DNA from: Podarcis muralis
Taxonomy: Eukaryota
Direction of reading: 5' to 3'
DNA length: 64,000 nt
Assembly (NCBI RefSeq): GCF_964188315.1
Contig: NC_135667.1
Coordinates: 21,762,001-21,826,000, forward strand
The notes under the pieces were generated by a model, which saw only the letters and a program-made list of their open reading frames with translations, was not told the origin of the DNA and searched no databases. Within the stretch, counting starts at the first letter, position 1. Every line of letters starts with the position of its first letter. Positions 39,511 to 50,600 of the stretch are shown here, one piece after another. The translations under genes and the position numbers were made by a program.

Positions 39511-41876
39511 CTTTATTATTTATACCTTGCCCATCTGGCTGGGTTTCCCCAGCCACTCTGGGCAGCTCCCAATGGAATATTAAACAGAATAAAACTTCAA
39601 ACATCAAAAACTTCCCTATACAGGGCTGCCTTCAGATGTCTTCTACCCTGGTGATCAATGGGGTGACAGATGTTGCAGCCAGATCGCCCTCACATCCTCC
39701 TTCAGATGTCTTCTAAAAGACAGGTACAGTAGTTGTTTATTTCCTTGACATCTGCTGGGAGGGCGTTCCACAGGGCGGGTGCCACCACTGAGGAGGGCCT
39801 CTGCCTGGTTCCCTGTAACCTCACTTCTTTCAGTGAGGGAACCACCAGAAGGCCCTTGGCACTGGACCTTAGTGTTGGGGGTGAACGCTGGGGGTGCAGA
39901 CGCTCCTTTAGCTATACAGGGCCGAGACGGTTTGGGGCTTTAAAGGTCAGCACCAGCACTTTTAATTGTGCTCAGAAACATACTAGGAGCCAATGTAGGT
40001 CTTTCAGGACCAGTGTTATGTGGTCTTGGCGGTCACCAGTCTTGACGCCACATTCTGGATTTGTTGCAGTTTCCGGGTCACCTTCAAAGGTAGCCCCACG
40101 CAGAGCACATTGCAGTAGTCGAAGCAGGCGAGAACTGGAGCATGCACCACGCTGGCGAGACAATCTGCGGGCAGGTAGGGTCACAGCCTGCATACCATAT
40201 GGAGCCCTGGACACAGAATTGACCTGCGCCTCCATGGACACCTGTGAGTCCAAAATGACTCCCTGGTCCTTCAGGGGCACAGTTACCCCATTCAGGACCA
40301 GGGAGTCCTCCATACCCACCTTCCCCCTGTCCCCCCAAAATTGTACTTCTGTCTTGTCAGCATTCAACCTCAATCTGTTAGCCGTGCCTTGAAAGAGGGA
40401 AAGGGAAAATTATAGTTTATCAATACAGTCCTATCCATGTCTAATCAGAACTGAGAACCATGTGATGAGTAGGATTTGATAAAGGTAAAGGTAAAGGACA
40501 CCTGGATGATTCAGTCCAGTCCATCTAATAAAGAAAAAAACAGACTCCCCTCCCTTATTTTATAGCCAAGCAGGTAGGCACTTTGTTTGTTAAACATACA
40601 CAGGTTCAGTTTGGCTCTCAGAGTGTGTATCTAGGTATGTAGATAAAAAGTTCATTGATATCAGATGATCTGATCAGCAGGAACCAAGCTATGAAATGAA
40701 TGTTCATGAGGAATGTTTTTCATAGCCACCACAAGAAGGTCATAAATAAATATCTATATGAAAGCAGAAATAAATAAATATCTATATGAAAGCAGAAAGA
40801 AAAATGAAGTAGGTAGAATCCTATACTCCACTAAAAACATACCTGTGGAATCTTATAGATATCCAAGATTGTTGCAATGTAAAGGGAGATTTCGGAATCC
40901 AGTCCCCCAATGACTGCTGTCAGGCTATTCTGGACACCACACCTGTAATTGGGAACAAACCTGTCTGGATTTGATGTAAGCATCAAAGTAGCATGATAGG
41001 TCCACTTTGCACTTAAATAGCTGTCATAGATGTGGAAACCCAAGGTGACATTGGGTAAGAGCTGTGAGTTTTCATTGATTTCCTTCACTGCGTACTCCAA
41101 GGCCAGAATGTGTTGGTAGTTCTTAGGCACAATGCTAGAATGAGAGATGGATTGTGGATCAGAAGGGTTTCCCTTATGTAGTTAAAGAAAGAAACGACTG
41201 GAATAAAGGAGTGGATGTGGAAGGACAAAGAAAATTAATAAGGAAGAAGTAGGGTAGCTTTGAAAAGTGTGACCATTCTTTTAACATGTGGAGTAGAGAG
41301 CTTCTTTTCTTCAGTGTTCTCTTTATCATCTTAACATTTTCTACACCCCAAAGGAACAAGACAGTGATCTGCAGCTCCAATAATTTATTATACAGTGGTA
41401 CTTTGGGTTACAGAATCTTCAGGTTACAGACTCCGCTAACCCAGAAATAGTACCTCAGGTTAAGAACTTTGCTTCAGGATGAGAACAGCAGTCGTGTGGC
41501 AGCGGGAGGCCCCATTAGCTAAAGTGGTACCTCAGATTAAGAACAGTTTCAGGTTAAGAACAGACCTCCAGAACGAATTAGGTTCTTAACCTGAGGTACC
41601 ACTGTATTATGATTATCCTGGTGGAATAAAGCAAGATTATTTTTTTAAAAATCCTTACACAAGCTCTTCTGTTGAAGCTGGAGGGGGTTCTTCTTCGAAG
41701 ATGAATGAGTTGGAAACCAAGCGAGCCTGAGAAGCAATGCCACCAAGGATAAGGCTTCCGGACTTATGATACTTTTGAGGTGGCGGGTGGGGATTACGGT
41801 CCCTGCATTGAGCACTGTGAATGTCACATACCACATGAGGAAGAAGTATCAGCAGCAAGAACACTGCAACTGTCAT
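32699..41876 (-). CDS. V2R gene C, ~869 aa if the GC donor of exon 4 is used
   Basis: Exons 41659-41876, 40843-41134, 37990-38847, 37410-37622, 35637-35763, 32699-33600 (2610 nt, open). The exon 4 donor reads CAG|GCATGG, versus CAG|GTATGG in gene B. Confidence 0.85.
33686..33931. mobile_element. Tc1/mariner-pogo-type MITE (duplicate copy)
   Basis: TA-CAGTGGTACCTCGGGTT ... AACCCGAGGTGCCACTG-TA. Confidence 0.82.
35026..35277. mobile_element. hAT-type MITE (duplicate copy)
   Basis: Perfect 8-bp TSD CTCTATGT on both sides; termini CAGGGG / CCCCTG. Confidence 0.82.
36851..37229 (-). mobile_element. Sauria SINE (duplicate copy)
   Basis: Same element at the homologous position in the second unit. 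Confidence 0.88.
39467..40390 (-). mobile_element. L2 LINE 3' portion (ORF2 C-terminus, 3'UTR and (TTG)n tail)
   Basis: [44 protein letters not shown]; interrupted by the 7SK fragment. Confidence 0.78.
39646..39697 (-). pseudogene. RN7SK: 7SK snRNA 5' fragment (nt 1-52), tail-less retrocopy with 17-bp TSD
   Basis: The minus strand reads GGATGTGAGGGCGATCTGGCTGCAACATCTGTCACCCCATTGATCACCAGGG, which is 50/52 identical to the human 7SK 5' end as I recall it; both differences are CpG-type. It is flanked by the direct repeat CCTTCAGATGTCTTCTA at 39629-39645 and 39699-39715. Confidence 0.88.
41391..41606. mobile_element. Tc1/mariner-pogo-type MITE in intron 1 of gene C
   Basis: TA-CAGTGGTACTTTGGGTT ... 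AACCTGAGGTACCACTG-TA, the same family as 33686-33931. Confidence 0.8.
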
Positions 41877-42999
41877 CACAAAAGTGAGCAGAAATCTTGA
41901 CTCTACAGTTCCCCCCTATTTTCTTTAGCAACACTTTTCTTTAGCAAATAAGCACTGTCATTAGACTCTCCATAATTACATCTATCTGACTTGAATGGTA
42001 GATTCAAGATTTGAAAATTGCAAGAACTTAGTCTGATAGATCTGATTCTTATTTTATATAATGTGAAGTACCCAGAATCATCACCTGTTCCCAGCCCCCC
42101 TCCCTAGCTCTAAATGGTTACTGGCTCTGGGGTTTTGAAAAGCTCCAGAATTAAATACAGTTATGTTGATAATCAAGGTAATTATTGCCAAAGCTAGAAT
42201 TGCCCTGTGGAATCACTAAAGAAAATGTGTTTGTCACATATTCTGAAGAGAAGTTTTTTCTTTTACTGAGTTAGAAAACGAGGGGCAGTAGGTTTTGGAA
42301 TGACTAAGAAAAGAAGTTCAGAAATAGAGTATGAGTGTGGCTCTGTTACAAAGGCTATGCATGTTTCCTTTTCTTTATGGAGCTATTACCACAGGAAGCC
42401 ATTTTAGGAAGATTGCTCCAGAACTGAAGCAACTGAAAGAGAATTGGTTTTAGTACTGAGAGTGAAGCACAAAACAAGATTTTGTGTTAACAGTTTGAAA
42501 GAACGAACTTTAAAAGGACGACACACCAATATTTTATTGCTTTATCACGGCACTATATATTTAAGAGAGGTTATTGCTTTATTTATGTATGTATGTGTTT
42601 GTATGTATGTATGTGAGTTACATGCCATTTGCCTCTGCAGCAGTTCTTTCAGAGCCTCTAAATAAAGAGCCTAGATTGAATATCCATTTTGTACTCAGAT
42701 TGCTGTCAAATGTGGTCAAAATCCAAGGTGATACTTATTTTCCATAAAAGCCTTTAGTCCCATGGGACACCAAGGAGGTGGATTTGTGCCCACAGTGAAA
42801 TTGCTGGTGAAAGTTCCCATTGGTTGGAAATTTCAAGCTGAGGAAAATAGCCATAATGACATTATTCTCCTTTGGACTGAAACACCCACACCCACCCACT
42901 TTTGGATACTAGACACTATCCCAGGACAGGTATTTCCAATGTGTGACTCATTTGATTTTATTACAATTAAAAATTCAGAATAAATTGACACTTACCTTG

Positions 43000-43333
43000 A
43001 CACTTAACCTGAACATCACAAGAAAACTGACAATGTCCAAGAAGCCAATGTAGCTAAGAACAGAGTAAGTTAGAGTCAAAGACCCCTCATTACATTCAAA
43101 GACCATTTCTTCAGTCATTGGATGCCTGTAAGCATCTGGGAATGGGGGAGAGGTTGCCAGCCAAACAGTACAAATGCCTGCTTGAATAACAGAGCAAAAA
43201 AAGAACAATGGAGTTAGCTAGTCTTTCCCCCACCCAGTTCCTCATCCTGAATCCTGGTGGCCATGAATGCAAAAACCACTTGATGGGTTTTCTCCCAGTA
43301 CACAAGAAACAGCCACAAAGAATACAATCCATA
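43000..43333 (-). pseudogene. Isolated, frameshifted V2R exon-6 (TM3-TM5) relic
   Basis: Translates in pieces to ..[66 protein letters not shown].. with frameshifts. It is closest to exon 6 of B/C, and no other exons are seen nearby. Confidence 0.85.
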
Positions 43334-43334
43334 T

Positions 43335-43618
43335 CTATCTATAATTTTATTAAAGTTTTTCACAATACAGAAGATAACAGCTACAAAAATAACAAGCAAA
43401 ACAAGTAGAATACAGAGTCCTCTCCTAGAGGCAATTCTCAGCCCTCACCAGATAAGAGGGTAGCAGTCGCTCCCAGGAATCATCCTTTTCCCACCCAGGT
43501 TCTCACTGTGGAGGACCCACCCAAGGTCCTCCATCAACCATCCATCATTCCCATGACTACTTAATCCCTGAACTTTAGCAAAGATCCTAAACATAGGACT
43601 TCAAAATAAAAATGAAAC

Positions 43619-43657
<39 letters not shown>

Positions 43658-44010
43658 AAAGAACGAGAAAGGAAAGAACAAGAGAATAAGAAGATAAAGA
43701 AAAGGAAAAAGACAAAAGGGAAAGAAACAAAAGATAGATAAAAAGAGCTTCTAATTTTCCATCTTCTGGTTACATTAAAAAAGGATTATTTGAAATAAGC
43801 CAAGTTCTGTATGGTCAGATTCTATTTCCTGCTGTTTCCATTTTCTGCTGTGTTTATGGTAGTATTCTGATCTCCTCCTCTAGGTCCTTACATTTTTTCT
43901 TTCCAGTCTTTCCAATCTCTTTCCAGAGGCAAAGTTCCCATGAAGGTGGTTGCTGTCCAGATCCAGGATTTCTTGGGTGAGATCAATTTTTAAAATCCAT
44001 TTCAATCAGG
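43335..44010 (-). mobile_element. Probable L1/Tx1-like LINE 3' end including an (AAAG)n tract
   Basis: Purine-rich (AAAG)n at 43617-43660 and an A-rich terminus that truncates the V2R relic; the family call rests on general resemblance only. Confidence 0.35.
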
Positions 44011-44655
44011 GTTTAGGTTCACTTTAGGCACAGAAACTACCTTGGCCACCCTGCATGGGAATCTTAGTTGAAAGAGACACAGAGCTCATTTCAAAGTGGT
44101 GTTTTAGAGCTATAAAGCCTTACATGGCTCAGGGCCCCAGTACCTCAAGAATTTCCTGTGATCGTATGATTTATAACCAGAGGCCTTTCTCCATGTGTCT
44201 CCTAAGGAAAATACAGAGGATGGCAATATGAGTGTGGGCTTTCTCAGTGATAGATCTCTTTTTATGGAATGCATGTTGGGAAGCATGCCTGGCGCTATCA
44301 CTGTTTGTTGTTAGGCAGAAGGCCAGAACATTTCTGTTTCTATAGGCCTTTGGAAGGCAGTGAGTTATGGTGTGTGTGTGCGTGTGCATATTTTTACTGT
44401 TTGTGGGCTCATCCACACTTCTCTCTGCCCTGCTTCTTTATCCCGAGAAAGCCTGAGGAAACAGTGGGTTTTCTGCAGGAAACGTGTGGGGTGTTTTGGA
44501 GACCTGTAGATATGACTAACATAAGACAACTGCCGAGAAATTATTATTATTATTGTTTACAAATAGTCAACTTCATATGTATGCATGCACATGCTTGCAT
44601 ACGAGTACACACACATAGACTTATTGATTATAAGCAATATCAAATACATATTTCT

Positions 44656-47600
44656 TCATTTTTTAATTCTTATTAGTTGTTTCCTGTTATTTAGCTCAGG
44701 TCTAAACAAAATAATATAGCATTTGGGGGAAAAGAGGCAACTCAGCAATCCAGCACCAGAGGCTAAGATAGAGAAGATCTCCACAGCAACCATGTATTTC
44801 CCCTTGGCACTCAGGTAGGATGGAATAAAAGATAACCAAACACTGCAAAAGATCAACATGCTGAAAGTGATGAACTTGGCTTCATTGAAGCTGTCAGGTA
44901 ACTTTCTGGCAAGAAAAGCCACAATGAAACTCACAATTGCCAGGAAGCCCATGTAGCCAAGAACACAGTAAAACATAGTCACAGACCCCTCATTACATTC
45001 TAGTATAATTAGTTCAGTCACCGAGTGCATGTCAGCGTCTGGGAATGGGGGAGATGTTGCCAGCCACACAATACATATGCCTATTTGAAGAAGGGAGCAT
45101 GAAAAAACAATGGAACTGGTCAGTCTTTTCCCCACCCACTTCCTCATTCTGGATCCTGGTTTGGTGGTGATGAAAGCCAGAACCACAGTGATGGTTTTTG
45201 CCAGCACACTGGAAAGAGCAACTGAGAAGATGATTCCAAAAGCAGTTTGCCGAAGGAGACAAGTCACATTCTTAGGTTGGCCAATGAACAATAATGCACA
45301 AAAGAAGCAGAACAGAAGGTTGATGAGGAGAATGTAGGTGAGGATTCGGTTGTTGGCTTTGACAATGGGTGTGTTGTGGTTCTTCAGAAATGTTAGCAAT
45401 ACCAGTGCTGTGATCAAAGCAAAGAAAAGAGCCAGGAAGGCTAAACTGATGCCCAAAGGTTCTGCATAAGACAAGAAGTTTATGTCCTTGGGAATACACA
45501 CATCCTGGTTCTCACTAGGATAGTTTTCATCTGAGCATTTATTGCAGTCATTCATATCTGGGGGAAAAGGATGTGACTTGATTATCTGAGCTAATATACT
45601 TGTCATCAATTTCAACAGCATGCTGTGACTGCTCTCCTTACACAGATCCTTTGAAATAAGATTATACAGTTAATGTGGTGTGTAGGGGTGAGTATGACAG
45701 CTTAAGTTTTACATGGATCTAAAGTAGCATCTGACTGGGGTGAGGAATGCAGCAATGGAAACGATGTCATAAGCTATCTGGGATCAAAAACTTATGCTAA
45801 ATGTGGTAGTAATGTTATTCTTTAGGAAACTGCACTAGCTGTTTCAATAATCATTCGATAACTTAAAATTAAAAAATTAGCACTTGGAGTTGCATAATTT
45901 GATGTGCATATTCCTCTGGATTACAAGCCATTTTGCATTATAATTCAGTAGCCTTTGTGTTTGATCCAGACTAATTTAAATAGGCTTAAATGTATTTGAG
46001 AGCAATTTGTCAGACACGACTTAATTTCAATACCATTTATTCCTTTTCTCTTATTTTGGAAAGTTTTATTGAGAATTTTCACAATACATTACAATAAAAA
46101 ACTAACTAAACAAAACTAAAAACATAAAAAAGGAAAAAAAAAAACCAAATTCCTCTCTCAGAGGTATATCTTAACTCTTATCCCACACAGGAATCCTTGT
46201 ATGGAGGTCATTTTCATTTCCATGTGACGGTCTGCATCTATCAATTTGATTATTTCTTGATCCAGTCCTGCCAACTTTTCATCAATTTGATCTGGGCCCT
46301 CTGTTTATTCCCTGTTTCCATTTTCTATGTTGTATTTCTGTGGTTCATCATCTGGCTCATTTTCTTTATTTTCTTCATCTTCATCAAATATTATTTGATC
46401 ATTTTTAATTGTTCAGCCATCAGCTGCTGAACAATATCAACAGTTATTGGTTGATCCAAAAGTACCTTTACCATACTGGATATTTTCAATAACCTGGTTA
46501 TTATTAGCCTCTCAATCCTACTTAAGGCATCCTCCATAGGATCATAGTCCTGAGCTTCCTCAGCAGTGACTGTTATCTCAAAGCAAATTATTTTTCCTCA
46601 CAGTTTACAATAATCACTCCTCTTACCATATATTTCAAAGGAAACTAAGTACAATGAACTCTTACCCTCTTTGTTTGAAATCTTCCCCTCTGGACATGGG
46701 ATGCAATTGTAGCAGCAAAATGGCTCCCCCTCCTTCATTTTCTTGCTAGATCCAGGTTGACAACTCACAGTACATACAGAATGAGGCTGAGTCTAATACA
46801 TAAAGAGCAGAATAATGATAAGAGAACTATGATTAATTCAGGAATCCTTCTGGTTGTAGGTCATTTTCTATGGGGAATTACCTGGTATGATGTACCAGAC
46901 ATTGATAAAGCAACTTTAATTGGGCATTAGGAGAAAATGCTGATAATATCACAAATGTATTCACTTCAACTAGACAAAGCATTGCCACACAGTGAACATT
47001 TATAGAAACTACTTTTGGGGACTGATATTGAGGTGTTTGGGCAGTATTCTATATGATCAAGGTCACAAACTACAGTACAAGAAAGCAACCACAATATAAT
47101 TGTACACATATAACCCTGAAACACCTCAGAACTGCAATTCCTCAAGGACTGCCTCTCTCCATATGAACCTGTGATTGGCCAACCTTTTTGTATCAATACA
47201 AACACATTGATAGACATTAACCTTCTTTCAATGAAAAACCAGCTTTTCATAGGTGTGTGTGTGTGATCAAGTGCTCATTTAGAATTAGAATTCTTCAAAA
47301 TAGCTCACACAAGGGCCCTACCTGGTTAAACCAGCTGTGCCACATTATGGCATCTTCATCAATGGTAAATGCTTTGTCTGGAGGAGCCTGTGAATCCATC
47401 CTTCCAACCCTCACTCTAGTAAGGGAGTGGTTGGATGAAATAATCCAGTTGATAACGTCCAAGCCAAATACTACCTCGCCATTTTCACTGAAGGAGACCT
47501 CATCCCCTGCAGTGTTGTTAAAGGAGACACTTCTCAGAAAGTAGTGGAGCTAGAAGATGAAAGGAGGCATTCATAGAAGACTGCACTTTGATCTTTCATA

Positions 47601-50600
47601 TGATGATCAAACGTAAGGATGGTAAACCTGTTGCTCTGAAGGGATATTGACACAAAGGAAAACATTAAGGCATCATCTAATAATGAGCAAAGTCCCAAAC
47701 TAATGGTGGATGTTGAGAGAGGGCTTGTCCTCACTTCCTCTTGTTCCATGCCTCTGATTCAGCAGTAAACCATGAGTTTACCTGGGGGAAAGTAGTGAGG
47801 CAAACAGAAGTGTGGACAAACTCTGAGTCAGATGTGGGGTGGCCTCAGAGCCAAAAGCTGAGACAACAATTTTGTTCTTTCTCTTTTTGCTAGTCAGGAG
47901 TGGTGTTACTTGCTGATTCTTTTTGTAAGGAAACCAAGCACTTTTTATGTCATTAGGATTTATTTATTTTTTACAAAATCTTTGTTTTACTGCCTGCAGA
48001 TGGAGACTTGCTTACTGTAACTTCTGAAATTCTGAGTAAAATATTCACTTACTGTATTTGGAAAGCTAAGTGTCTGTAATTTATTCTGGTCTAAGTATTT
48101 TTGTAGGGAACATTTGTTTAAAGGTGAATGAGGGGAGATGTAAATCTAACCAAGTTTAATGTGCTTGGAACAATTGGCATTGTGCTAACTCTGCTATGAG
48201 GCAGTAAGAATCTCTCTTCCAAACCTCTCTCTTCAACAAGTGCCACAAATGTCCAGAATTTGGAAGTATCACAATATATCATAAACCAGCCAGGCCACCT
48301 TTAACTTCAATTCCTCCTGCCCTGCCTACAAAGTATAAATCCAGCACTGTTTTCCTCTTCTTGATGCACACAAAGAAAGCTGTGAAGCCAAGCAGCAAAG
48401 ACTAGATCTGCAACACTGAGGTAGCCCAGATGTTGGAAGGAAATAAGACCCAATTTCTGCCACTTGAGACTCTTCAACTCAGGAGTGCCAACATGAATAA
48501 AATATTGTGGGGACCCAGGTAAGCCCCACCCCACATAATCAATCTCATGAAGCAGTGCACACACACCATATGAATGAGAATGCTCATAAACTTTGCGGGG
48601 GCCCAGTCAAATATTTTATTGTGGGGACCAAAACCCCACAGCCCCTAGGAGTTGGCTCCTATGGTTCAACGTCTTACCTTCCAGAACTGCTGGCTCCAAT
48701 TCTTCTGTTTCCTTTTGTGCACCAGTCCTCTGTGTCTAAGCCAACCTGCAGACATCACATGTAAAGCATGGGCCACAGCATAAACAGCATTGTAGATACT
48801 ATAGCTATGACCTGTCATGCTCATTTCAAATAAGTCCCCAGGAAGGCTCTCCAGCTTTTCTTCCCCAGTGCAAATATCCCCCTCCATTTTATTATCCATT
48901 GAATCTGGGAATTCACAGCCAAAGGCCTGTTGCCAGAAGTCCCTGATAAAACCATCTCCATCTGTAATGGATGGATTTCGGCTCTTGACATATTGCTGAA
49001 ATCCTTCTACGTCATTCAAATGAATTGCAAAAGATAAAGTGCCATGGAACATATCTAAATTCAAATTCCTTTGAATGCTATATGCAATGAACATCATCTG
49101 GGCTGTTGTTATCCATACTTTTCCTTTTACACTCATAGCCACTTGTGTAATGCCCTTTAGATATGGAATCCACCTAAAAAATGCCATTGAGTAAGATTCT
49201 CCATAGAGCACCACAACATTAGCTTTACTAGCCATTATTTCATCATGCACTTTCCCCCCTTGTTCAAGAATATTATCTGAGTTACTGACAAAAGTAACTT
49301 TTGGGATTCTTCCTACAAAAGCAAAGCAGATACCACTGTTTGTAAACATTGGGAGTACAGTTTGAACAAATCTTTCTCCATTGTCATTATCCATCACAAC
49401 AACCCCAACCCATGTCCATTTGAAATGTAGAAGCAAAGAGAGGATCCCTGCAAACTGTTGGTGTTCCTGGGGGGCCATCTGGTAGAAGGAATATCCTGGG
49501 ATTTTATCACTCATCACTGGAGCAGGCCCATATGTGAGCTAAAGAGAGATCAGAGAAAGGTGATATAGATCCTATCATTTTACAGCAGATTCAACTATTT
49601 ACAGCCACTCACACACATTATTTCTGGAACTGTTTTCTAGTCTGATATCCAATTTAGTTAATCTCTCAGAGATTAACAAGTGATTAACAGGGTTTAAATT
49701 TCAGTGAATAGAGATAATGCTGGTAAAATTTCAATCTGGTCTCAATCTACCCCCCCAGTCAATACACACAACAGAATTTATACAGATGCACTCTCACTTT
49801 ATACCCCTTTCTTCATAACTCAGGTTGGGAACATTTATTACTGCAAAGAAAATGAGAGCTTTGCTATTTAGGAGGTGCTGACGCTTTTCTGATGTGGGCT
49901 TCATTTTTTCCAGGCGAAATCTGGTGGTTGCCACATGCCAGTGAAGCTGAAGCTAAAATTCAGTAGTTGTTGTTGTTGTTGTTTAGTCGTTTAGTCGTGT
50001 CCGACTCTTCGTGACCCCATGGACCAGAGCACACCAGGCACCTCTGTCCTCCACTACTTCCCGCAGTTTGGTCAGACTCATGCTGGTAACCTCGAAAACA
50101 CTATCCAACCATCTCGTCCTCTGTCGCCCCCTTCTCCTTGTGCCCTCCATCTTTCCCAGCATCAGTGTCTTCTCCAGGGAATCTTCTCTTCTCATGAGGT
50201 GGCCAAAGTACTGGAGCCTCAGCTTCACGATCTGTCCTTCCAGTGAGCACTCAGGGCTGATTTCCTTAAGAATGGATGCGTTTGATCTTCTTGCAGTCCA
50301 TGGGACTCTCAAGAGTCTTCTCCAGCACCATAATTCAAAAGCATCAATTCTTCGGCGATCAGCCTTCTTGATGGTCCAGCTCTCACTTCCATACATCACT
50401 ACTGGGAAAACCATGGCTTTAACTATACGGACCTTTGTTGGCAAGGTGACGTCTCTACTTCTCAAGATGCTGTCTAGGCCTGTCATTGCCCTTCTCCCAA
50501 GAAGGAGGCGTCTTTTAATTTCGTGGCTGCTGTCACCATCTGCAGTGATCATGGAGCCCAAGAAAGTAAAATCTCTCACTGCCTCCATTTCTTCCCCTTC

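Noticed and set aside
39733-40392. 219-aa plus-strand ORF
   Set aside because: It is antisense to an L2 ORF2 remnant.
40742-40797. 28-bp tandem duplication in intron 2 of C
   Set aside because: An ordinary local slippage event with no sign of function.
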